The position numbers and the translations under genes were made by a program. The notes under the pieces were generated by a model. It made no database searches, had not been told where the DNA came from, and saw only the letters and a list, made by a program, of their open reading frames with translations. A stretch of 64,000 bases of DNA from an uncultured Clostridia bacterium (GTDB taxonomy: Bacteria > Bacillota > Clostridia > Peptostreptococcales > Acidaminobacteraceae), in contig CALODS010000022.1 in assembly GCA_942492225.1 (NCBI GenBank), positions 39,727 to 103,726 on the forward strand. The letters are read 5' to 3'. Of the stretch, positions 50,678 to 61,612 are shown one piece after another. How positions within the stretch are numbered: position 1 is the first letter of the stretch; every line of letters begins with the position of its first letter.

Positions 50678-50821
50678 GTTGCGAACAAACACGGGCTTTC
50701 TAAAAAAATGGAAATAGTCATAGAAGTATCCATTTTATTCATAATGTGTTCCGAGATGGGAAACAGTTTTATCTAGTGGTTAGGAATGTAAAAAAATGGT
50801 AAAATATCAATAGGAGGCTTT

Positions 50822-53068
50822 ATGTACAAACATCTATTATTGATTTTATTGTTTTCTGTTTTGGGTGTGTTTCTTAGAATCGTGCCGACTTATGAAATGA
50901 TTGTTGGAATTTTTATTTTGGGAATGGTTATTAAGTTATATTTTAAGTGGTCTTTTGCTTATTGTTTGACGATTATTTGTATTGGATTGTCAATAGCATG
51001 GTTCAGTTTAGGTTTTTTTTATCATACAAATATTCTTGTTGCTTATGATGAGTTTCATACTTACAAAGGGATTGTAAAAGAGTTTGAGTCTGAAAGTAAT
51101 CAAGGCACTATAGAAATTATTTCAGTTGATGGTCATCGTATATTACCTAAAAAAGTACTTGTTAAATTATTGGATTCAACAATTCATATAGGGCAAAAAA
51201 TAGAATTAGAGGCAATCATCAAAAAAATAGACTCCCCAACAAATCCTGGTGAAGCAAACTTTAGATACATTTATTACGGAAAAAACATTATAGGTAAAAT
51301 AGAAACAATTGCAAAAATTAATATGGAAGAAAAAGAAAGTGTGAGTAATCTATTGCATTTAAAAGAGCAACTTATTTCCCGATTAACTAGAGACATGCGT
51401 AATGATCAGCTTGGACTATCTTTAGCGATGTCAATAGGAGACAAATCATACCTTCTCGAAGAAGATGAAGTAGGATTACGCAAATTAGGATTGAGTCACA
51501 TTCTAGTAGTTTCGAGTTTGCATGTAGGTTTACTTGTTGTGATTTTAAGTGGTCAACTTAATTTATTAAAGGTATCTTTTATTAAAAAAGAGCTTATTTT
51601 AGTTGGATTTTTACTTATGCTTTTGTTTATAACAACATCAAAAATATCCGTTCTAAAGTGTATATTTATTTATATCACACATTTGATTGCTCAACTGAAT
51701 AATAGAAAACCGTTCTATTTGTTTTCCCTTGCATTGTATACGCTATTGGCGCTTGTGATGAATCCATTTTATTTTTATAACCTTTCATTTACGCTATCTT
51801 TGATGGCTTATATTGGGGTGTTTGTCTACTATAGATACTCATCTAGCCACTGCCATAAATGGCTTAGACCTTGGTATTTGGTGTTGTGTATTTATATTGC
51901 CATTACGCCAATATTCCTAATGACCTTTGGTGGATTTCATTATTTAGGGCTAATTATTTCTCCTTTTCTAATGCCCTATTTAGAAGCTCTAATTGGTATC
52001 AATTTTTTAAATGTGATGGTACAATCTTTTGTTGACCTGTCTTTTTTTACACATATTGTAAACTATGCTCTTGAGCCTTTAAAAATGCTAGTGAATATTT
52101 CAAATAGACTATCTGATCATTATCTGATGATTCCTTATGCTAGTGGAATTTTATTAATTCTATCATTTATATTGAGTTTAATGTGTCTACATAAAACGAA
52201 AAAACCTTATCAGCACAAGTTGTTTAAATGTCTTGCTGTTTTCGGAGTGATAATTCTAATTTTTACAGTTATTGAGCATCATGGTCCTATGCGTGTCTAT
52301 TACTTAGATGTAGGAATGGGTGATAGTCAATATATTTATCAAGGCAATACAAGCGTTTTAATTGATGGTGGGAAAAGTTTCTCTACATATCATTTAAAAA
52401 ATATAATGAAAAAAACAGGTGAGAAAACGGTTGATATTGGAATTATAAGTCACGAGCATAATGATCATTTTGGTGGTATGATTGAATTGCTAGAAGAGAA
52501 CAGTATTCGTAAGTTATATATGACGGAATATGCTTATTTAGCCTTGAAAGATAACTATTCAGTGATTGAACGCTATAAGGAAAAGAATCAAATCAATATT
52601 GTAAAAGAACCAGTGAAGATTTCAGCCTTTAGTGATTGGCAATTAACTCTTTTTCCACCGATGATAAAAAGTGACGAGCTAAATAATCACTCGATGCTTA
52701 CGTTGCTTCAACGTGGTAAACTAGACTTTTTATTTACTGGTGATGCAGAAAAAGAAGAAGAACAATGGATGACTTCTTTTATTCCAGGTTATATAACACC
52801 GCCGCTAGACTATTTAAAGGTGCCGCATCATGGTTCAATAACATCATCTTGTGAAAGTTTCCTCTTAGCGGTCAAGCCTAACTATGGTATGATAAGTGTA
52901 GGTGAAAATAATCACTACGGATTGCCTGATAAAGAAATTTTAGACAGATATCAATCAATAGGTACCGAAATTTTCAGAACAGATCAGCAGGGTGGTCTTG
53001 AAATAAAGGTTATTTATCCCTGGGTATTTCATAAAGACTATTTAGGAGAGAAACATGTCATACAATGA
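50822..53068 (+). CDS. comEC: DNA internalization competence protein ComEC/Rec2 with C-terminal metallo-beta-lactamase domain
   Basis: 748 aa, polytopic. The competence-domain segment is SHILVVSSLHVG. MBL motifs are ISHEHNDHFGG and TGDAEKEEE...VPHHGS. Confidence 0.9.
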   Translation: MYKHLLLILLFSVLGVFLRIVPTYEMIVGIFILGMVIKLYFKWSFAYCLTIICIGLSIAWFSLGFFYHTNILVAYDEFHTYKGIVKEFESESNQGTIEIISVDGHRILPKKVLVKLLDSTIHIGQKIELEAIIKKIDSPTNPGEANFRYIYYGKNIIGKIETIAKINMEEKESVSNLLHLKEQLISRLTRDMRNDQLGLSLAMSIGDKSYLLEEDEVGLRKLGLSHILVVSSLHVGLLVVILSGQLNLLKVSFIKKELILVGFLLMLLFITTSKISVLKCIFIYITHLIAQLNNRKPFYLFSLALYTLLALVMNPFYFYNLSFTLSLMAYIGVFVYYRYSSSHCHKWLRPWYLVLCIYIAITPIFLMTFGGFHYLGLIISPFLMPYLEALIGINFLNVMVQSFVDLSFFTHIVNYALEPLKMLVNISNRLSDHYLMIPYASGILLILSFILSLMCLHKTKKPYQHKLFKCLAVFGVIILIFTVIEHHGPMRVYYLDVGMGDSQYIYQGNTSVLIDGGKSFSTYHLKNIMKKTGEKTVDIGIISHEHNDHFGGMIELLEENSIRKLYMTEYAYLALKDNYSVIERYKEKNQINIVKEPVKISAFSDWQLTLFPPMIKSDELNNHSMLTLLQRGKLDFLFTGDAEKEEEQWMTSFIPGYITPPLDYLKVPHHGSITSSCESFLLAVKPNYGMISVGENNHYGLPDKEILDRYQSIGTEIFRTDQQGGLEIKVIYPWVFHKDYLGEKHVIQ

Positions 53069-54110
53069 TTTTATAAAAGATATAAAAGAAGATAAATTAA
53101 GTCCAATTTATGTATTTTGGGGACACGAAGATTATTTAATAGAAAACTCATTGAAAATGTTAAAAAAGACAGTTGTGGGAGATGCATACGAAGCGTTCAA
53201 CTATATTGTTTTAGATGCTTTAGAGGCGACCGTAGAGCATGTGTTAGAGTCAGCAGAAACATTGCCGTTATTTGCAGACAGAAAAGTTGTTCTTGTTAAG
53301 AATGCACCTTATTTTCAAAAAACTAAAAATGGATTAAATGGTAAAGATGAAGATAAATTCCTTCATTATATAAGTGAACCTTCTACATCGACAATTATGA
53401 TTTTTCATAGTGCTGGTGATTTAGATAAAAGAAGAAAAGTGTACAAAACTGTTCAAAAATCAGGAAAAATTATTGATTTTAATAAATTTAATGATGTGGA
53501 TTTCGCGAAATGGGTTGCAAAAAGGTTTAAATCTGAAAATGTGACGATTGATAGTGGGACGCTACGTTATTTCGTTGAGGCTGTAGGATATCTTGGAAAG
53601 AATTCAGAGAAAACACTTTATGAAATCAATTCGGAAATTGATAAATTAGTGCACTTTTCCAAAGAATCAGGTAGTGTTACAAAAGATTACATCAATAAGG
53701 TTGTGAAAAAAACTTTTGAAACAAACATATTTGAGTTATTAGATGCATTATCAGATGGGAATATTGCATCCGGCTTACATTCAGTTCATGAGTTAATAGG
53801 ACATGGGGAAGCGCCGCTTAAAATTATTTCGATGATTAGTCGTCAATTTAGGATGATTTACAAGACAAAGGGATTGCAAAGTGAAGGTCATTCGGGCAAT
53901 TCGATTGCTAGTAAATTAGGTGTTCCGGGTTTTGTTGCTAATAAGAATATAAACTTTGGACGTCGCATGAGTTTTGATATGCTCGGCGAAATTATTGGTG
54001 ATTGCATCAAGTATGAGAGAATGATCAAAACGGGAAAGATGGCTAATGAAATAGCTCTTGAAACATTGATTGTTGAAATAGTACGTGTGTTAAAGCGTGG
54101 AAATAGATAA
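53055..54110 (+). CDS. holA: DNA polymerase III delta subunit HolA
   Basis: 351 aa. It starts YVFWGHEDYLIE, and its position directly after comEC is conserved in Bacillota. It overlaps comEC by 14 nt. Confidence 0.8.
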   Translation: MSYNDFIKDIKEDKLSPIYVFWGHEDYLIENSLKMLKKTVVGDAYEAFNYIVLDALEATVEHVLESAETLPLFADRKVVLVKNAPYFQKTKNGLNGKDEDKFLHYISEPSTSTIMIFHSAGDLDKRRKVYKTVQKSGKIIDFNKFNDVDFAKWVAKRFKSENVTIDSGTLRYFVEAVGYLGKNSEKTLYEINSEIDKLVHFSKESGSVTKDYINKVVKKTFETNIFELLDALSDGNIASGLHSVHELIGHGEAPLKIISMISRQFRMIYKTKGLQSEGHSGNSIASKLGVPGFVANKNINFGRRMSFDMLGEIIGDCIKYERMIKTGKMANEIALETLIVEIVRVLKRGNR

Positions 54111-54221
54111 CTTATTCCTTTGGACAGCTTGAAGAATTCAGCTTATTCCTTCGGACAGCTTGAAGAATTCAGCTTATTCCTTCGGACAGCTTGAAGAATT
54201 CAGCTTATTCCTTCGGACAGC
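54111..54221. repeat. Tandem direct repeat, 31-nt unit x 3.6 (CTTATTCCTTCGGACAGCTTGAAGAATTCAG)
   Basis: Copies lie at 54111-54141 (one T/C difference at unit position 11), 54142-54172 and 54173-54203. A partial copy spans 54204-54221. The array starts on the first base after the holA stop, and each copy has an EcoRI site. Confidence 0.95.
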
Positions 54222-54264
54222 CCAAACAATACTGCGTATTGTTTGGTACGCTGGCGCGTACAAT

Positions 54265-54330
54265 ATAAAAAAAGAATTATTAAAGAAAACAACCGCGAAC
54301 GCTTATTTTCTTTAATAATTCTTTTTTTAT
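54265..54330. terminator. Bidirectional terminator for holA (+) and rpsT (-)
   Basis: Perfect 25-bp AT-rich stem (54265-54289 / 54306-54330) with a 16-nt loop. The arms contain A7 and T7 runs, so a U-tract is available in either orientation. Confidence 0.8.
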
Positions 54331-54436
54331 GCTGTCCTTGCTTTACACGATAATAAAGGACCATCCGAGGACAGTCCTTTCGCTCTATTTGACGTGTGAA
54401 TATGGGGAACATGACGGTGTCTCATCATTCAACGAA

Positions 54437-54700
54437 TTAAGCCATTTTGTTCATTTTTGCAGCAAGTCTAGAAATTTTTCTAGATGCAGCTTTCTTGTGA
54501 ACAGTTTTCTTAGCACCAGCCTTAGATAAAAGCTTTTGTACATTGTTAAATAATACAGTAGCTTCTTCTTTGTTACCAGCTTCAAGAGCAGCTAAGAATT
54601 TCTTTTCAGCAGTTTTGAGAGCTGATTTTCTTGATTTGTTCTGAAGAGTTTTCTTTTCGATAACTAAGATTCTCTTTTTAGCAGATTTAATATTTGCCAT
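54437..54700 (-). CDS. rpsT: 30S ribosomal protein S20
   Basis: 87 aa. It begins [30 protein letters not shown], which is the canonical S20 N-terminus. Confidence 0.95.
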   Translation of the reverse strand: MANIKSAKKRILVIEKKTLQNKSRKSALKTAEKKFLAALEAGNKEEATVLFNNVQKLLSKAGAKKTVHKKAASRKISRLAAKMNKMA

Positions 54701-54736
54701 GTCATTACACCCCCTTGCTTGTTGATTAACAGTAGT

Positions 54737-54765
54737 ATTTTATCATGTGGATATTACAAAAGCAA
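54737..54765 (-). promoter_or_regulatory. Probable rpsT promoter
   Basis: The minus strand reads TTGCTT (54765-54760), a 17-nt spacer, then TG-a-TAAAAT, an extended -10 (54742-54737). Confidence 0.6.
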
Positions 54766-54889
54766 GAAAAATATAATGAAAGGGAAAGGTTTATTGCTTT
54801 ATGTTATTTTTATATGATATAATTGTTAGGATTTTAAGAAAAAAAATTGTAGAAATGTGCAATTTACTATATTTGTAGGAGAGATATTA

Positions 54890-56698
54890 ATGACAAAAAA
54901 ACGCCAAGAATTAATTCGTAATTTTTCGATTATTGCCCATATCGACCATGGTAAGTCAACGTTGGCAGATAGGCTGATTGAGAAGACGGGAATGTTGACA
55001 CAACGAGAAATGACCTCACAAATTCTCGACAGTATGGATTTAGAAAGAGAACGTGGTATTACTATTAAATTAAACGCAACTCAATTAAAATATAAGGCAA
55101 AAGATGGGGAGATTTATACGCTTAATTTAATTGATACACCAGGTCACGTCGATTTCACTTATGAGGTATCAAGAAGTTTAGCGGCATGCGAAGGCGCTGT
55201 ACTTGTTGTTGATGCAGCACAAGGTGTTGAAGCACAGACGCTTGCTAATGTTTATTTAGCTGATACACAGGGATTAGAAATTGTACCTGTATTAAATAAA
55301 ATTGATTTACCAAGTGCAAGACCAGATGAAATTAAAGAAGAAATAGAAGATTTAATAGGTGTGGATGCTTCAGATGCACCAATGATTTCTGCTAAAGAAG
55401 GCATTAACATTGAAGCTGTATTAGAAAAAATAGTAGAAGTTGTGCCACACCCTACGGGTGATGCATCAGCGCCATTAAAAGCATTAATCTTTGACTCATA
55501 CTATGATTCTTATAAAGGTGTAGTCGCTGACGTAAGAATTATGGATGGAACCGTAAAAAAAGGTGATTCAATCGTTATGATGGCTACTGGCAAAAAATTT
55601 GAAGTTGTTGAAGTAGGTGTATTTTTACCAAAAGCGACAGCAATAAAAGAATTAAGAGCTGGTGATGTTGGTTATATTACTGCGAGTATAAGAAATGTAA
55701 GAGACTGTCAAGTTGGTGATACTGTTACCTATAGAGATAACCCTACACCTGAAGCACTTCCAGGCTACCAAAAGGCGACGCCTATGGTTTATTGTGGAAT
55801 TTATCCTGCTGAGGGTGAAAGTTATGAAGTTGTACGTGATGCACTAGAAAAACTACAATTAAATGATGCTGCTTTATCATTTGAACCAGAGACATCTGTA
55901 GCTTTAGGATTTGGATTTAGATGTGGTTTCTTAGGATTATTGCACTTGGAAATTATCCAAGAGCGTTTAGAAAGAGAATTTAATTTAGAAATCATTGCAA
56001 CAGCACCAGGCGTAATTTATAGAATTACAAAAACTGATGGTGAAGTTGTTTTTGTTCAAAATCCATCAGATTTGCCAGAGTTGACGACAATTAATATTAT
56101 GGAAGAACCAATTGTAGAAGCAAAAATTATTATTCCAAATGAATATGTTGGTAACGTGATGGAAATTTGTCAAAATAGACGTGGTGACATGATAAGTATG
56201 GATTATCTAGATGAACGCCGTGTTGTATTAAAATATGAATTACCTTTAAATGAAGTTATTTATGACTTCTTTGATGCACTTAAGTCAAAGACAAGAGGAT
56301 ATGGCTCTTTAGATTATGAATTCAAAGAATACAGACAATCAGATCTTGTTAAAATGGATATTTTATTAAACAAAGAAATTATTGATGCTTTCTGTATGAT
56401 TGTTCATAAAACAAAAGCTGTATCAAGAGGTCGCATGATTTGTGAACGATTGAAGGATGTTATTCCAAGACACCAATTTATGATTCCTATTCAAGCATCT
56501 ATAGGTAACTCAATCATTGCGCGTGAAACTATTAGTGCTTTGCGTAAAGACGTACTAGCTAAATGCTACGGTGGTGATATTTCGCGTAAGAAGAAATTAC
56601 TTTCTAAACAAAAAGAAGGAAAGAAACGAATGCGTCAAATGGGTTCTGTAGAAGTACCACAACAAGCATTCCTATCGGTTCTTAAGTTTGAAGAGTAA
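54890..56698 (+). CDS. lepA: Translation elongation factor 4 (LepA)
   Basis: ATG 54890 sits behind AGGAGAG. It has [28 protein letters not shown] and NKIDL, plus the LepA-specific C-terminus. Confidence 0.95.
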   Translation: MTKKRQELIRNFSIIAHIDHGKSTLADRLIEKTGMLTQREMTSQILDSMDLERERGITIKLNATQLKYKAKDGEIYTLNLIDTPGHVDFTYEVSRSLAACEGAVLVVDAAQGVEAQTLANVYLADTQGLEIVPVLNKIDLPSARPDEIKEEIEDLIGVDASDAPMISAKEGINIEAVLEKIVEVVPHPTGDASAPLKALIFDSYYDSYKGVVADVRIMDGTVKKGDSIVMMATGKKFEVVEVGVFLPKATAIKELRAGDVGYITASIRNVRDCQVGDTVTYRDNPTPEALPGYQKATPMVYCGIYPAEGESYEVVRDALEKLQLNDAALSFEPETSVALGFGFRCGFLGLLHLEIIQERLEREFNLEIIATAPGVIYRITKTDGEVVFVQNPSDLPELTTINIMEEPIVEAKIIIPNEYVGNVMEICQNRRGDMISMDYLDERRVVLKYELPLNEVIYDFFDALKSKTRGYGSLDYEFKEYRQSDLVKMDILLNKEIIDAFCMIVHKTKAVSRGRMICERLKDVIPRHQFMIPIQASIGNSIIARETISALRKDVLAKCYGGDISRKKKLLSKQKEGKKRMRQMGSVEVPQQAFLSVLKFEE

Positions 56699-56716
56699 TT
56701 TAAGGAGATGAATTAA

Positions 56717-57853
56717 GTGAAAGCAATCGGCGTTTATATACACATTCCCTTTTGTGAGCGCAAGTGTTTATATTGTGATTTTAATTCTGGTCCTGCTTCC
56801 GATTCTAAGAAGGAAGAGTATATACATGCACTTATCAAAGAAATTGAATTGTATAAAGAAGTTCTAAAAAATAGAAAAGTTCAAACGCTGTTTATCGGTG
56901 GTGGTACGCCTTCAAGCGTATCACCTTCTTTATTTGAACAGCTACTGCAAGCTTTACATGCAGTTATTAATTTTGATAGCGTTGAAGAATTTAGTATTGA
57001 GGCAAATCCAGGAACCATATCAGAAGAAAAATTACGTCTTTATCAAAAATATGGTGTCAACCGTATTAGCTTTGGTGTACAGTCGTTTAATGATCATTTA
57101 CTAAAACGTATTGGCCGGCTTCATAATAGTTTTGAAGCAATTGAGTCTATTAAATTAGCTAAAAAGATGGGATTTAACAATATCAATATCGATCTTATGC
57201 ACAATTTACCTGAGATGAAGGCAATAGATTTATACAAAAGTATTGATATCGCTGTAAAATTGGAAGTCACACATGTCTCGTTATACAGTTTAATACTTGA
57301 AGAAGGGACACCGCTTTTCAGAGAATTTGAAGATAAAGGTCTACCACTAATGAATGAAGAATTGGAGAGAGATGTGTTCCATCAATCATTGGAACTTTTA
57401 AAAATAAATGGTTATAACAGATATGAAGTATCAAATTTTTCTACTGTCAATCACGAGTGTAAACACAATTTGATTTATTGGCGTGTGGATGATTATATCG
57501 GACTTGGTGTGAGTGCTCATGGCAAGTATATGTGTACGCGTTATCATAATGAGGATTCTATTGAAACCTATATTAGTAGATTAACGGAGAATACGTTTCC
57601 TATAATAGAAAAAGAAAGTTTGTCTTTTGAGGATGAAGCTTTTGAAGCTATTATGTTAGGGTTAAGGTTAATAGATGGTATAAATTTAGAAACCTTCTAT
57701 CAACGATTTAATATTGATTTAGAGGAGAAATACAGATCAGTCATAACTAATCAAATATCAAAGGGCACTTTAAAAATAGAAAATGGACAACTTTATTTAA
57801 CAACTTATGGTCATGATATATCAAATTCGGTCATTATTGAGTTTATGGAATAA
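56717..57853 (+). CDS. hemW: Radical SAM heme chaperone HemW (oxygen-independent coproporphyrinogen-III-oxidase-like)
   Basis: 378 aa with a GTG start behind AAGGAG. The radical SAM motif is CERKCLYCDF. Its position after lepA is conserved. Confidence 0.85.
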   Translation: MKAIGVYIHIPFCERKCLYCDFNSGPASDSKKEEYIHALIKEIELYKEVLKNRKVQTLFIGGGTPSSVSPSLFEQLLQALHAVINFDSVEEFSIEANPGTISEEKLRLYQKYGVNRISFGVQSFNDHLLKRIGRLHNSFEAIESIKLAKKMGFNNINIDLMHNLPEMKAIDLYKSIDIAVKLEVTHVSLYSLILEEGTPLFREFEDKGLPLMNEELERDVFHQSLELLKINGYNRYEVSNFSTVNHECKHNLIYWRVDDYIGLGVSAHGKYMCTRYHNEDSIETYISRLTENTFPIIEKESLSFEDEAFEAIMLGLRLIDGINLETFYQRFNIDLEEKYRSVITNQISKGTLKIENGQLYLTTYGHDISNSVIIEFME

Positions 57854-57874
57854 ATCGCGAAAGCGATTTATTTT
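57851..57874 (+). terminator. Intrinsic terminator after hemW
   Basis: TAAATCGC-GAAA-GCGATTTA, followed by TTTTGTGTTT. Confidence 0.7.
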
Positions 57875-57931
57875 GTGTTTGTTAACTTTTTGAACAAAAT
57901 GTAAACAAACTGATAACACCTTTAGAAATCC

Positions 57932-57960
57932 TTGACTTTGGACTTTCATGGTGGTAAATT
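57932..57960 (+). promoter_or_regulatory. Sigma-A promoter of the hrcA-grpE-dnaK-dnaJ operon
   Basis: TTGACT (57932-57937), a 17-nt spacer, then TAAATT (57955-57960). It lies immediately upstream of CIRCE. Confidence 0.7.
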
Positions 57961-57973
57961 AATAGTGTAAAGA

Positions 57974-58000
57974 TTAGCACTCGATAAATATGAGTGCTAA
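57974..58000 (+). promoter_or_regulatory. CIRCE operator (HrcA binding site)
   Basis: TTAGCACTC-N9-GAGTGCTAA is a perfect match to the CIRCE consensus. It sits between the promoter and the hrcA start. Confidence 0.95.
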
Positions 58001-58016
58001 CAAAAGAAGGTGCTAT

Positions 58017-59045
58017 ATGGTTGAAAATGATAGAAAACTTAAAATCTTAAAAGTGATTATTGATGATTTTATTGATACAGCTCAACCAGTTGGATCAAGA
58101 ACAATTGCCAAGAAATATTCTTTGGGGATTAGCTCAGCAACAATTCGAAATGAAATGGCTGATTTGGAGGAATTGGGTTATTTAATTCAACCTCATACCT
58201 CGGCAGGTCGTGTGCCTTCAGATGAAGGTTATAGACTATATGTTGATGAATTGATGAATCAAAAGAAAATGGGCAAAAGTGAACGTCAACTTATACGAGG
58301 GTTGTTACTCAATCGTGTTATTGAAATGGAAGATGTTATTCATAAAAGTGCTAAATTATTAGCTCAAACAACAGACTTGATTGCATTTGTAACATTGCCC
58401 CAATTCAATAAAAGTAAGTTAACCAATATGAAAATGGTTAAGATTAATGATTCAAAAGTAATGTTAATATTGGTTGCAGATTCTGGTGTTGTTAAATCGT
58501 TACAGTTAGCATTTAAAAATGTAACACAAGAAGCATTAGATGCCATTACAGACGTTATGATGCAAAAACTTAATAATTCTACGATAGAAGATATTACAGT
58601 AAAAAAAATTAGCATGATAAAAACTGTATTACCACAATGCGCTAATATAATTGATTATTTGGTTCCGATACTGCGAGATACACTTCAAGAATTAGATGGC
58701 ATTGATTTTCATATTGATGGTCTTAACAATGCATTTAATTTCCCTGAATTTCAAAATGTTTCAGAGTTGAAAAGCTTTATCGATACCATACAATCTAAAG
58801 AAATGATTGCAAAACTTTTACAAGATGGACAAGAAGATGGCATAAGTATAAAAATTGGTAAAGAAATTGAAGAAGAAACGCTTTCTAATTGTAGTATTGT
58901 GAGTGTTTGTTATAAAGTAAATGGGAAAAACGTTGGAAGGATTGGTGTCATAGGTCCTTCAAGAATGGATTATAGTAAAGTAATTTCTGTTGTAGATTAT
59001 ATAAGAGAAACTCTTTCAGATATTTTCGCAGGAATATATTTATAG
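58017..59045 (+). CDS. hrcA: Heat-inducible transcription repressor HrcA
   Basis: ATG 58017 sits behind AGAAGGTG and gives MVENDRKLKILKVIIDDFIDTAQPVGSRTIAKKY, the canonical HrcA N-terminus. The ORF-track start at 57990 lies inside CIRCE. Confidence 0.95.
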   Translation: MVENDRKLKILKVIIDDFIDTAQPVGSRTIAKKYSLGISSATIRNEMADLEELGYLIQPHTSAGRVPSDEGYRLYVDELMNQKKMGKSERQLIRGLLLNRVIEMEDVIHKSAKLLAQTTDLIAFVTLPQFNKSKLTNMKMVKINDSKVMLILVADSGVVKSLQLAFKNVTQEALDAITDVMMQKLNNSTIEDITVKKISMIKTVLPQCANIIDYLVPILRDTLQELDGIDFHIDGLNNAFNFPEFQNVSELKSFIDTIQSKEMIAKLLQDGQEDGISIKIGKEIEEETLSNCSIVSVCYKVNGKNVGRIGVIGPSRMDYSKVISVVDYIRETLSDIFAGIYL

Positions 59046-59122
59046 GGCGTTTAAGTCTACTGAAGTAAACGCAAATTGACGGCAACGTTAATAAAAAAGT
59101 CTAATTAGGAAGGTGTTTAAGG

Positions 59123-59725
59123 TTGACGAATAAAAAAAGTGAAGACGACATCGTTAAAGATATGGATAGTGAAGTAACGGAAGATGTTACAACGGAAACC
59201 ATTGAAGATGTTGAAGAGCCGACAGAAACGTCGGATGAAGCATTAGATAAAGATCAAATTGAAGAAACAACAACTGGAGATGCGCTTAAAAACACGATTA
59301 AAGAATTAGAAACATTGAAAGCAACAAATCTAAGAATACAAGCAGAATTTCAAAATTACAAAAAACGTGTTGAAAAAGAAAAAGCGGATATCTATAAATT
59401 TGCTAATGAAAAATTAGTGATTGAATTATTAGGTGTAATGGATAACGTAGATCGTGCCATTGGCTCAATGGATACCTCAGAAAGCAATAAGAATATTGTA
59501 GATGGCGTTCAAATGATTCAAAAGACACTTGAAGATTTTTTAAAAAAGCACCAAGTTGAAGTGATTGATGCGGTGGGAACACCTTTTGATCCACAAAAAC
59601 ATCACGCAGTGATGACTGAGGCGAATGATGAACACCCATCAGAGACTGTTATTGAAGAATTCCAAAGAGGATATGAACTTAATGGAAAAGTTGTACGTCC
59701 AGCGATGGTAAAAGTATCAGAATAA
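59123..59725 (+). CDS. grpE: Nucleotide exchange factor GrpE
   Basis: 200 aa with a TTG start behind AGGAAGGTG. It has an acidic N-terminus, RIQAEFQNYKKR and the C-terminal GYELNGKVVRPAMVKV. Confidence 0.9.
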   Translation: MTNKKSEDDIVKDMDSEVTEDVTTETIEDVEEPTETSDEALDKDQIEETTTGDALKNTIKELETLKATNLRIQAEFQNYKKRVEKEKADIYKFANEKLVIELLGVMDNVDRAIGSMDTSESNKNIVDGVQMIQKTLEDFLKKHQVEVIDAVGTPFDPQKHHAVMTEANDEHPSETVIEEFQRGYELNGKVVRPAMVKVSE

Positions 59726-59758
59726 AATTGTGAAGTGAAATTTAAGGAGGAAAAATAA

Positions 59759-61579
59759 ATGGCTAAAATAATTGGAATTGACTTAGGAACAACAAACTCA
59801 TGTGTATCTGTATTAGAAGGTGGAGAACCAGTAGTAATCCCTAACGCAGAAGGTAACAGAACGACACCTTCAATCGTTGCTTTTACAAAATCAGGAGAAA
59901 GATTAGTTGGTGAAACAGCTAAAAGACAAGCAATCACAAACCCAGACAGAACAATCAGTTCTATTAAAAGAGAAATGGGACATGACTTCCACGTGGAAAT
60001 TGATGGAAGAAATTATTCGCCACAAGAAATTTCTGCAATGATCTTAGGAAAACTTAAAGCAGATGCAGAAAGTTACTTAGGTGAAACAGTTACTGAAGCA
60101 GTTGTTACTGTACCTGCATACTTTACAGATGCACAAAGACAAGCAACTAAAGATGCTGGTAAAATTGCTGGTTTAGAAGTAAAAAGAATTATCAACGAGC
60201 CAACAGCGGCATCACTATCATATGGTTTAGATAAATCAGATCAACACCATAAAATAATGGTATTTGACCTTGGTGGTGGTACATTTGACGTATCGATCTT
60301 AGAAATTGGTGATGGTGTATTTGAAGTACTTGCTACAAATGGTAACAACCATTTAGGTGGAGACGACTTTGATGAAGTAATTATTAACTTCTTAGCAGAA
60401 AACTTTAAAAATGAGCATAATGTTGATTTAAGAACAGACAAAATGTCTCTTCAAAGATTAAAAGAAGCTGCAGAAAAAGCGAAGAAAGAATTATCAACAA
60501 CACAATCAACTAATATTAATTTACCGTTTATTACAGCAACGGCAGAAGGCCCACTACATTTAAATCTTGATTTAACAAGAGCAAAATTTGAACAACTTTC
60601 TGATAAATTAATTCAAGCAACTTTAGAACCGACTAAAAAAGCTATGAAAGATGCTGGTTTAAATGCTGGTGATATTGAACAAGTTATTTTAGTAGGTGGT
60701 TCAACTAGAATTCCAGCGGTTCAAGAATCAGTTAAAAAATTAACAGGCAAAGATTCTCACAAAGGTGTTAACCCAGACGAGTGTGTGGCTTTAGGAGCTG
60801 CTATTCAAGGTGGTGTACTTTCGGGAGAAGTAAATGATGTATTGTTACTTGATGTAACGCCATTATCATTAGGTATTGAAACACTTGGTAGCGTATTTAC
60901 TAAATTAATTGAAAGAAATACAACAATTCCTACTAAGAAGAGTCAAATATTCTCTACAGCAGCGGATAATCAACCAGCAGTAGACATTCACGTTCTTCAA
61001 GGTGAAAGACAAATGGCGAAGGACAATGTTACATTAGGTCGTTTCCAACTTGAAGGTATTGCACCAGCAAGACGTGGTGTTCCTCAAATCGAAGTTACTT
61101 TTGATATTGATGCAAATGGTATTGTACATGTTTCGGCTAAAGATTTAGGAACAGGTAAAGAACAAAATATTACAATTACTGCATCAACAAATCTTTCTGA
61201 TGAAGAAATTGAAAAGAAAGTAAAAGAAGCTGAAGAGTTTGCCGAACAAGATAAATTAGAAAAAGAAAAAATTGAAGCAAGAAATCAAGCTGATTCAATG
61301 ATTTATGAAATTGAAAAAGCTTTAAAAGAAGAAAATAGCGATGCAACAGAAGAAGAAAAAGCAAAAATAGAAGCTGAAATTGAAGCAACTAAAAAAGCTT
61401 TAGAAAGTGACAGTGCAGAAGAAATTAAGAAGGCAACTGAAGCTTTAACAGCTGCATATCACCCAATCGCTGAGAGAATGTACCAAAAAGCAGCAGCTGA
61501 TCAACAAGCAGCTCAAGGCGCAGATTCATCTGCAGCTCAAGATGACGCAGTAGATGCTGACTACGAAGTAGTAGACTAA
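59759..61579 (+). CDS. dnaK: Molecular chaperone DnaK (Hsp70)
   Basis: 606 aa. It has [22 protein letters not shown] and [13 protein letters not shown]. Confidence 0.98.
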   Translation: MAKIIGIDLGTTNSCVSVLEGGEPVVIPNAEGNRTTPSIVAFTKSGERLVGETAKRQAITNPDRTISSIKREMGHDFHVEIDGRNYSPQEISAMILGKLKADAESYLGETVTEAVVTVPAYFTDAQRQATKDAGKIAGLEVKRIINEPTAASLSYGLDKSDQHHKIMVFDLGGGTFDVSILEIGDGVFEVLATNGNNHLGGDDFDEVIINFLAENFKNEHNVDLRTDKMSLQRLKEAAEKAKKELSTTQSTNINLPFITATAEGPLHLNLDLTRAKFEQLSDKLIQATLEPTKKAMKDAGLNAGDIEQVILVGGSTRIPAVQESVKKLTGKDSHKGVNPDECVALGAAIQGGVLSGEVNDVLLLDVTPLSLGIETLGSVFTKLIERNTTIPTKKSQIFSTAADNQPAVDIHVLQGERQMAKDNVTLGRFQLEGIAPARRGVPQIEVTFDIDANGIVHVSAKDLGTGKEQNITITASTNLSDEEIEKKVKEAEEFAEQDKLEKEKIEARNQADSMIYEIEKALKEENSDATEEEKAKIEAEIEATKKALESDSAEEIKKATEALTAAYHPIAERMYQKAAADQQAAQGADSSAAQDDAVDADYEVVD

Positions 61580-61612
61580 TAACACTTTTTAGCGGATAAT
61601 GAATAAATAAGG

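Noticed and set aside
8018-50821. The idea that the 43 kb separating comEA from comEC is a genomic island inserted into an ancestral comEA-comEC operon
   Set aside because: There is no integrase, no direct repeats at the borders and no tRNA at a boundary. The interval contains core genes (plsY, selABD). The separation is more likely the ordinary gene order for this lineage.
54111-54221. Possible CRISPR array
   Set aside because: The 31-nt units are directly contiguous with no spacers. There are only 3.6 copies and no cas genes in the window. I report it as a tandem repeat instead.
54200-54529. ORF-track entries 54200-54412 (-) and 54329-54529 (+) in the holA/rpsT spacer
   Set aside because: They run through the tandem repeat and the long hairpins, and one overlaps rpsT antisense. 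They have no SD and their basic, low-complexity translations look non-genic.
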